From NCBI GenBank assembly GCA_977017575.1, contig CDRNVI010000026.1, positions 62,001 through 126,000 on the forward strand: DNA of 64,000 nt, read 5' to 3'. Under the pieces are notes generated by a model that did not search any database, was not told where the DNA came from, and saw only the letters and a program-made list of their open reading frames with translations. Position numbers and translations under genes: made by a program. The stretch is from Paramoeba atlantica. Taxonomy: Eukaryota; Protista; Discosea. This document shows positions 42,983 through 51,014 of the stretch, piece by piece (the first letter of the stretch is position 1; every line of letters begins with the position of its first letter).

Positions 42983-43905
42983 AACCCCCCACAGCGAAAA
43001 GTCACCCCCCTCTAACTTTTCAGCCAAGTGTCCGTTTGAGCTCATTTTTGTTGCATTTTGCTGTTCCCAACACAAAGACTATGCGCGTTATAGCATGAAA
43101 CCAAGGCTCTCAAATGCGTGCATCCGATAGATGGATTATCACTTTCTTCACATTTTTCAAGAGGCCAATTTCTCACACTTTAACAAATTATATCTTCTCC
43201 TCCCATGAGAATTCTAATTATTTCTGTCCGTTTTTGCTGATTTTTGTTGCAAACGAGAGATCTCGTTCTCCTAGCAAAGATCTTTGCCGCTATTTTTTAA
43301 TATTGACCCACTTGTGCCCCCTGGCCACGGAGTGTTTGTTTTCCTAAATTATTGTGGTATGACGATGCAAAAAAATCAAGCCTAAAAACAATTTTCTTCT
43401 TCGGTTTCTAAAATGATCTAAAAATGGTGGGAACGTGTAGATCTCAGAATTTTGAACGAGAAAATGATATCTTAACCCCCTTAGGCCCCTTCAAGCAAAA
43501 AGTAAAGGGGACAGCTTAAAAAAGTTGATTTATCACCGTTTCAAGAAAGAACCAATCAAAGAGAAATATTCCACCACGTGACAAATTGAATGTTTGTTAT
43601 CTGTTTTTGATCATTTTTGTTGCAATCGAGAGAACTCGTTCCCCTAGCGAAGATCTGTGACACCATTTTCATGTTGACCCCCTTCCCCCCCTGGTCGAGG
43701 AACATGAGATTTTTTGGGTAATATTGGCATGACTATGTAAAAACGTCATTAAAAAAATGAGTTTTAATTTGTTATCTGTGAAGAGGTCTAAAAACAGCGG
43801 GAACGTGCAGATCTCAAAATTTTGAACGAAAAAGTGGTGCCGCAACCCCCCTAAGCCTCGTTGTACAAAAAAAAGAGGGGGGTGACTTATTCGCTGCGAG
43901 GGGTT
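42983..43905. mobile_element. 923-bp Tc1-family MITE, copy 2
   Basis: About 6 substitutions relative to 33533-34455; TA flanks. Confidence 0.9.
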
Positions 43906-44118
43906 TATATATATATTAAGACAGCACTGATGCAGCAAGTTATTGATAAGAAGTTCAAGAAATACGTCGTAGAAAAAGGACATAGGTACCACACCCGGGT
44001 ACACACACCAATAGCATCGGAAAAACTATTGGGTCTGACTGCATGCAATACCCATGGGTTGCAGACTCAGCATTGCCATTGGGTATTTAAACAAAAAGGG
44101 GGTATTTAAACAAAAAGG

Positions 44119-44450
44119 GGCCGCGGTGTTGTGACTTGATCGGATTCTTGTGCTGGATTTGGCGGCGATGGTGCGTGTTCTGGCCGCGGTGTTGTGATCT
44201 GAACGGATTCTTGCGGGGGATTTTGCGGCGGTGATGCGTGTTCTGGCTGCAATGCTGTGACTTGATCGGATTCTTGTGCGGGATTTTGCGGCGGTGCGTG
44301 TTCTGGCCGCGGTGTTGTGACTTGATCGGAACTCCGAGCGCAGCAGCCACGCTTCGCGTGAGCATCGGCATGGAAAATGTCTAAGAAAAACCTAAGGCAA
44401 ATGCGCGCTTCGCAGCTGGATCTAGAGGACGACGCAGTGGTCGAATTCAT
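44119..44450 (-). pseudogene. Upstream half of the repeat-containing ORF1 (YR element)
   Basis: ATG at 44450; about 3.5 copies of SDQVTTPRPEHAPPQNPAQE; truncated at 44119. Confidence 0.6.
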
Positions 44451-44468
44451 ATACCAATTACGCGATAT

Positions 44469-44507
44469 AATTTAACGATAAAGATACAGTTTCTGTACCT
44501 TGTTGGT
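44469..44507 (+). other. Spliced-leader (mini-exon)-like sequence
   Basis: AATTTAACGATAAAGATACAGTTTCTGTACCTTGTTG|GT. GATACAGTTTCTGTAC is identical to the conserved core of the T. cruzi SL exon, and TTG|GT mirrors the exon end. Confidence 0.75.
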
Positions 44508-44536
44508 CTTTTTTTTTTCTTATTCTCTCACCCTTC

Positions 44537-45689
44537 ATGGGCATGTTCACCCGGAGCCGGGCGAAAGACACGGGAGTAGCTCCCGTCGTGCAGCCGCTGC
44601 CACCGTCCCGCCGGAAAAAGAAACCACCCGAGGAGCGACTACCAGAGGCACCGCCGCCGCCATCGCCGCCGCCGCCTCCCGCACTTTCGCAGCCCTCGCA
44701 CCCTCCACGGCCATCTCCTCCTCCCCTTCCGCCGCCCCTTCCGCCGCCCCTTCCGCCGCCGCCGCCACCGCCGCCACCGCCGCCATCGCCTCCCGCACAC
44801 TCGCGGCCCTCGCACCCTCCACGGCCATCTCCTCCTCCCCTTCCTACTCCTCTTCCGCCGCCTCTTCCGCCGCACCTTCCGCCGCCGTCACCTTCGAATC
44901 CTCCGCCTCCTCCACCGCCCCCGCAACTCTCCAACAGCATAAAAATTAAAGGATCCAACCTTTCTCTCTTCAAACTTCTTCAAACGCCGCGGCAAGCTCG
45001 CCCTGGTCAGCAAAGATGCCGACTCAAACTCGAAGCAAAACATCCCAACAACCCGTCTCCCAGAAGATTCGCTGTCTTCAGAGGTCTGCAGCAAAACTTC
45101 GATCGCGACCGAGAAAGTCAATGACGTTGAAGCCCCAACGTTGGAAACCCCAACACCACCATCAGCCATTGACGCAGAGGGGCATGCTCTCGATGTTGGC
45201 GAAGACGAAATCTTTCACGATTGCGAAGCTCCTTGTGATATAAATGTCGATCTGAGTGGACAGCCCTCAAACACATTCTTTGCGGAAGACGTTTTGCAAG
45301 GTTTCGAGAGAGGGATAGATCCCAGAATTAACTTCCCAATCCCCTCCGAGGAAATTATAGAACTGATACGTCATGCTAAGGTGGGGGAAGAATTCATCGC
45401 CGCATGGACCTTCGACCAACAGCCAACCCTCAATGTATCCAAAGGAGTAGTGACGAAAACCTCCACCCGGCAAGGACGCACCAAACTGTCAGTTACCTAC
45501 GAAGGATTTCTTGGATACGCAACTGGAAATAAATTTGATGGCTTTTTACCCCCGCATCCGAACGTTCGCATTTTCCGCCTCTCGTGGTTGAACCGGGGAC
45601 CTGGAGACACGCCTCGTGTAGAGCATAACCAAGTATCACCTCCTTCTCAGACCTTTGTATCTACACAAGATATTCTACAATTCTCATGA
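44537..45689 (+). pseudogene. Transposon-type ORF1 (polyproline N-terminus, Tudor-like domain), one frameshift
   Basis: The frame switches at the A5 run near 44941 and the second frame is open 44943-45689; 114-bp internal duplication in the Pro tract. Confidence 0.6.
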
Positions 45690-45904
45690 CGTATGACGAT
45701 ACTTCACATGATCATCTTTGCTTCGTATACTGGTTCATGTTTCCGCAAGTCACGTAGCGAAGACAACTTACAAGAAGCTAAACCCACGAACTCATCACAT
45801 ATTGCTTCCCGTAATCACATGCGCTGTAATACATGAGCTGTACTTTTGTCTCCAATGCCTTCTTCAATACCTTAACTACACTTAACCCTACTACGTTGAA
45901 GTCT

Positions 45905-46805
45905 ACTCGGGCAAACCGCCCCACTAATCCACTTGGGGAACGCACCTCACTAATCTTGGGGAACTAGTCTACTCGGGGAACGCGCCCATGTTAGCTCCCC
46001 GGGGGACGCGCCCCATGAATTTCCTCGGGTGAACGTGCCCGAGGGGAACGCGCCCTTGTTATATCATCGGGTAACACGTCTCTGCTATCTCCTCGGGGAA
46101 CGCGCCCTTGTTATCTCCTCGGGCAACACGCCTCTGTTATCTCCTCGGGGAACGCGCCCCACTAATCCACTTGGGGAACGCACCCCACTAATCTTGGGGA
46201 ACTAGTCTACTCGGGGAACGCGCCCCTGTTATCTCCCCGGGGGACGCGCCCCATGAATCTCCTCGGGTGACACGCCTCTGTTATCTCCTCGGGGAACGCG
46301 CCCCACTATTCTCCTCGGGTGGCACGCCTCTGTTATCTCCTCGGGGAACGCGCCCCACTAATCCACTTGGGGAACACGCCCCACTAATCCACTTGGGGAA
46401 CGCGCCCAACTAATCATGGGGAACTAATCCACTTGGGGAACGCACCCCACTAATCTTGGGGAACTAGTCTACTCGGGGAACGCGCCCCTGTTATCTCCCC
46501 GGGGGACGCGCCCCACTATTCTCCTCGGGTGACACGCCTCTGTTATCTCCTCGGGGAACGCGCCCTACTATTCTCCTCGGGTGACACGCTTCTGTTATCT
46601 CCTCGGGGAACGCGCCCCACTAATCCACTTGGGGAACACGCCCCACTAATCCACTTGGGGAACGCGCCCAACTAATCATGGGGAACTAATCCACTTGGGG
46701 AACGCGCCCCTGTTATCTCCTCGGGGGACGCGCCCCATGAATTTCCTCGGGGAACGCGCCCTATTAATCTCCTTGGGGAATGCGCCCCTGTTATCTCCTT
46801 GGGGA
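45905..46805. repeat. ~26-bp minisatellite with higher-order variant blocks
   Basis: GGGGAACGCGCCCC plus TGTTATCTCCTC / ACTAATCCACTT / ACTATTCTCCTC variants, over 30 units. Confidence 0.95.
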
Positions 46806-47176
46806 GTAGCGGCATTTAATTTGTAAATAATTATAAAAGTGGGAAGGGGTCGTCGAATTCTCGGTAAAGACCGTTATGCGAAATACTATTTAAAATGTAA
46901 TGAGAAGCGTTTTTTTTGCATACGCAAGATGTGCTAAAGGAAAAGGAAACGGTTCACTATACATTCCTCCCTCCTCCTCTGGGTCTTTAAAAAGTGATGC
47001 CTTTCCCTTCGCATTATAGCAAAAGAGCATACAAATGAACCCAGTACCTGGCTTGGGACAGGTTATGCGGAGTTAAGGATGTCATGGTAGCGCAGTGCGT
47101 GAAGTATACAATTTGTAGTAGTAGGTACACATTCGTCCTTTAAATCAAATAGAAATTCTGCATATTTTAATGCCTC

Positions 47177-47950
47177 ATGACAGATTTTGCAAGGAGCCAT
47201 ATTCCAGCACGAGTGCACCATTCCTTGCTGCCTCCTTCCCACCAGCTTTACTTTTTTGTAGCGAACTTGACTAGCCCGCACTTCAGCTGGAAACTGGAAA
47301 ATAATCTTGAAGACTGGGATGGGATACATCGTCGTTCAGACGAAAAATATTCTCTTCAGTGGGTCTACATGCGCCTAGGAGGGACGTTGCAATGGGAGTA
47401 TTTGCCGTCTAGCGTCTGTGCAATGCACCTTACTGGTAATTTACTGGAAGGTGACGTTCCTATGGAACAGTTTACTCGTCGTACTTCACTTATCGTGATG
47501 GAATTGGGGAACAACAAATTCTTCGGAAATTTTGATCTAAGCAAAGTCTCTCCCATGGTGGAAGTCATTAATGTTCGAGATAACTCTTTTGGCGGAAGAT
47601 TGGTTCTGGTAGATCTTCCTCATTCACTCCGGACACTCAATTTAGCATCAAATTGTTTTTGTGGAACAATTCGGTTGGATACACTGCCCCCACTGTTAGG
47701 TCTGTTTCACGTCTCAAACAACCTACTGGAGGGCCCAATTGATGTGACGCTTCTTCCCAACAATTTGTTTTCGGTGAAGTTAAACGCAAACTTGTTTTCT
47801 GGAGAGCTCCACGGTGTACAGGCCCTACCACGGATGCTGCGAGAGTTCGACGTATCACAGAACGTTGGCTTAAGGGGGCTGGTTGAACGTAAAGTGTTAT
47901 CTCCTACTCTTTTGTTTTCCTCTGGGAAAACTCAGATATTAGTACAGTAG
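47177..47950 (+). CDS. Leucine-rich repeat protein
   Basis: LTGNLLEG, LGNNKFFG, LASNCFCG repeats with LP turns. Confidence 0.85.
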   Translation: MTDFARSHIPARVHHSLLPPSHQLYFFVANLTSPHFSWKLENNLEDWDGIHRRSDEKYSLQWVYMRLGGTLQWEYLPSSVCAMHLTGNLLEGDVPMEQFTRRTSLIVMELGNNKFFGNFDLSKVSPMVEVINVRDNSFGGRLVLVDLPHSLRTLNLASNCFCGTIRLDTLPPLLGLFHVSNNLLEGPIDVTLLPNNLFSVKLNANLFSGELHGVQALPRMLREFDVSQNVGLRGLVERKVLSPTLLFSSGKTQILVQ

Positions 47951-48198
47951 TACTGCTTCATTTTCTTCGGCACGCCTCCGACCTGTTGCCAGATACGATA
48001 GGATTCCTCTGACACACATTGTTAGTTTTTATCATGCATAATACGGTGTTATGGGAATTTATGTATTATGGATGCAGGTATTATTGATACATGCATGTTA
48101 GCATTATATTTATTTCCTCTTGCCATGTAAGTTTACTTCTTTTTCAATGATATTACTAAATTAGTAATATCCAAGTATTATAAGTAGTCTAATACTTT

Positions 48199-48873
48199 AT
48201 GAGTGCCATACAGTCAGCACAACAGCATGCTGAGCATGATTCACGACTCACTGAAGAATCAGATGAGAATTTATTTATTGAATCGATTTTTCCGTCGGCT
48301 TCAGAGCATGAAAATATACGGAAAGTTTCTCGCGCCGGGAAGCCACACACAATAAACTTACCGCAGGAATACGAAATGGAACGTTTTCTTCGAAATATTA
48401 GCACCCTTGATTCCACGTGGACTCCGGCAACTCCAATTTGTGAGTGGAAAGCTGTCACGTGCAACAAGTCTGGTCACCTCATGAAATTGTTTTGGAGAAA
48501 TAGAGGTTTGCATGGCACACCTAATTGGGCAGCTCTTCCAGTAGTTCTGATACACATTGATCTTTGCTCGAATATGCTGGTCGGTGAGATTCCTTTTCAT
48601 GCTCTGCCGCCGCAATTGGAAAATTTATCGGTAAGCAGGAATTCGTTTTCTGGGACACCGAATTTTCTGTCTCTCCCACCGACGTTGCTCTCGTTGTGGA
48701 TGACTTATAATCGCTTTTCCGGCCAGGTAGACTTACATTCTCTCCCGAACAAACTTCAATGTATAGTACTCACTGGAAATGAAGACCTACATGGGGTAGT
48801 TGACTCGACTCTGCTTCCTAAAAGCTTGAGTTATCGACAGTGGTCTAAAACAGGGATTGTGTACACGAAATAA
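48199..48873 (+). CDS. Leucine-rich repeat protein
   Basis: ICEWKAVTC cap, LCSNMLVG, VSRNSFSG, MTYNRFSG. Confidence 0.85.
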   Translation: MSAIQSAQQHAEHDSRLTEESDENLFIESIFPSASEHENIRKVSRAGKPHTINLPQEYEMERFLRNISTLDSTWTPATPICEWKAVTCNKSGHLMKLFWRNRGLHGTPNWAALPVVLIHIDLCSNMLVGEIPFHALPPQLENLSVSRNSFSGTPNFLSLPPTLLSLWMTYNRFSGQVDLHSLPNKLQCIVLTGNEDLHGVVDSTLLPKSLSYRQWSKTGIVYTK

Positions 48874-49130
48874 GTTGAATCTTTGTAAAATATTTTACTT
48901 TAGTTCTTTGGAGAAGTCTCTCATTCAATAAATAAATTTGTTAAACGCGATGGTTGTTTTCAACTTAGAAGTCACTCGAAAAGACTTTTTTCAAAAAGAT
49001 TTCATGCGGTATGCCTCCCATGGACCCACCAAGGGCCCGATAGTTTTTGTGATCTTTTGGACCACCGGAGTCCCTTTTATAAATTTTAACATTATTGAGG
49101 GAGATACTACTCCCTAGCTACAGCGTTCGA

Positions 49131-49700
49131 AAAAATTTGTGAATTTTTTATTGTGCAACTTTTGAAATTGTTGCACAATAAAAAATTCACGAATTTTTGT
49201 TGCACAAATATTTGTGGGGATATTTTTTGCTGAGGGAAATGTAGGCGGTATGTATAAATCCATTCCGAATCATTCCGGATTGCTCCGGACGGTCACTGGT
49301 AAGCCAGACCATTCACAGACAGATTTGGAATAGTAATGGTATGAAGGTAATTCGGTATGAATTGTAGTGTAATGTGTGTTGTATATTCGGACTTGTGGTA
49401 AGTATTAATAAATATTGCGTTTGAAAAGAAAGTTAAACACAAACAAAAAAGGACTTAGGCGCAACGATTTTGAACTGCTAACGAGAAACAGGGTGAACTG
49501 CTAAAAACAAGGAGGGGTATGCTATCGGCGCTGGGTCACAATACCATACCCCCTCCGGTACGGTACGAGCTCATAGGTATTTTAAACCGGACCCTCGTTT
49601 AGGTTAAAAAGCAGTTTTAATTTTAGAATTTGAACTAAAAAATTAAAATAGAATTTCAATTTTTAAAAATGTTGCACAATAAAAAATTCACAAATTTTTG
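49131..49700. repeat. AT-rich foldback / inverted-repeat element
   Basis: ~29-bp arm (AAAAATTTGTGAATTTTTTATTGTGCAAC) at 49131 with inverted copies at 49170 and 49671. Confidence 0.7.
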
Positions 49701-49726
49701 ATTTCCTGTTTTTTGTTACACAAATA

Positions 49727-50584
49727 CAGGGGGGCATTAATCTGTGTAACATTAATCTATGATAATTCGTAAAATTAACACAGATTAATGTTACACAGAT
49801 AAATGTCCCCTCGGTATGCCGGAGCTATGATCTTTTTTCAAAAAATTGTCCATTTTTATAAACAAAAATCAAGAAAAAAAAAAATTTGGGAAAAAGACGT
49901 AAAAATGTACTAAAAAACGGAGAATTTCGCCTGCGGCGCATTTTTGTTTTTTTAACTCATATTTCTGTCCCGCCAAATATTTTCGAGTTAACACAGATTA
50001 ATATCACACAGATTAATGTTCTACAGATTATTACTCCCCCTTTCATAATTCTTTATAAATAAACTTTATAAACTATAAGTGTTTCGGCGATTTATATTTA
50101 CATTATATAAAGCTTTATACAGCTTTATACTTACATTGTAAGTGTTTGGTACCGAGATGGATTTACTTATAAAAATATTTATATAAATTATGATCATTAG
50201 TTCTACTAGTTCTTATGCGCTTTCATGTGGTGTTTGTATGAATAGGTGACCGAATTTGATATGTAAAGTCACACACATTTGACCACATTGATGAAATTGA
50301 TAAAAAAAGAGGACCGAAACAAAGAACCAAAAAAAAAGTTTCTAGAACTATTAGACTGCTTAATGTCTAAAACAGAAATTTCAAAATATGCATTTGATAC
50401 GCGAATCAGAATGAGAAATACGCGGCGCGCAGCGCCGCGAGCTCCGTTTTTTACCCTGCTCTTTTGGCATTTTTCAGGCGTTTCAAAGTTTTATATAAAT
50501 TTATATTAAACCATGACTCATTTTGGGCTCGAACTTATAAAGAATTATGAAAGGGGAGTAGTACACAGACAAATGTCCCCCCTG
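49727..50584. mobile_element. MITE with TA flanks (outer element)
   Basis: TA|CAGGGGGGCATTAATCTGTGTA ... TACACAGACAAATGTCCCCCCTG|TA; internal ACACAGATTAAT repeats. Confidence 0.75.
50034..50558. mobile_element. 525-bp Stowaway-like MITE nested in the outer MITE
   Basis: TA|CTCCCCCTTTCATAATTCTTTATAA ... TTATAAAGAATTATGAAAGGGGAG|TA. Confidence 0.85.
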
Positions 50585-51014
50585 TAATTGCGTTTAGTGT
50601 ACCATATAAATTTGTGCTTACAATAGTGGCACAGTGGATGACAGAGACACCAATAACGGGTGTGGAAGTTTCCCACTAGAAAAACAGTATCTCCCTATAG
50701 CATGAAGGCAGGCGCATGCAAAGGTGGAGATGCCTTTTTCCTGTGGTAAACTGCCGCACCTGTACTATTGGTATCCCCCTCGTCCACTTTAGCCTGGGTT
50801 ATGTTACTGAATTCCTCTTTATATTTTCACTGTTTTTGTTCACGAATCGAGGGTAGAGCGGTAGTTATAAACAACCACTTCAATTCAATATAAATATTTA
50901 TTTACAACCACCGCAATTCACCGTTACGCCACAATGTACATAAGACTTTGAGATTTTCTCAAATTAGTAGATTGACTCTTCGTACTGCTTTTTGCCATTG
51001 AATTACTACGTTGT

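Noticed and set aside
44458-44973. Gly-rich, Ala-rich and Arg-rich ORFs on several frames
   Set aside because: Shadows of the CCG-rich polyproline tract.
45905-46805. CRISPR array (the minus strand GTTCCCCG...GATAAC resembles type I-E repeats)
   Set aside because: Linkers are about 12 nt and drawn from a few recurring variants rather than unique spacers; no cas genes; eukaryotic context.
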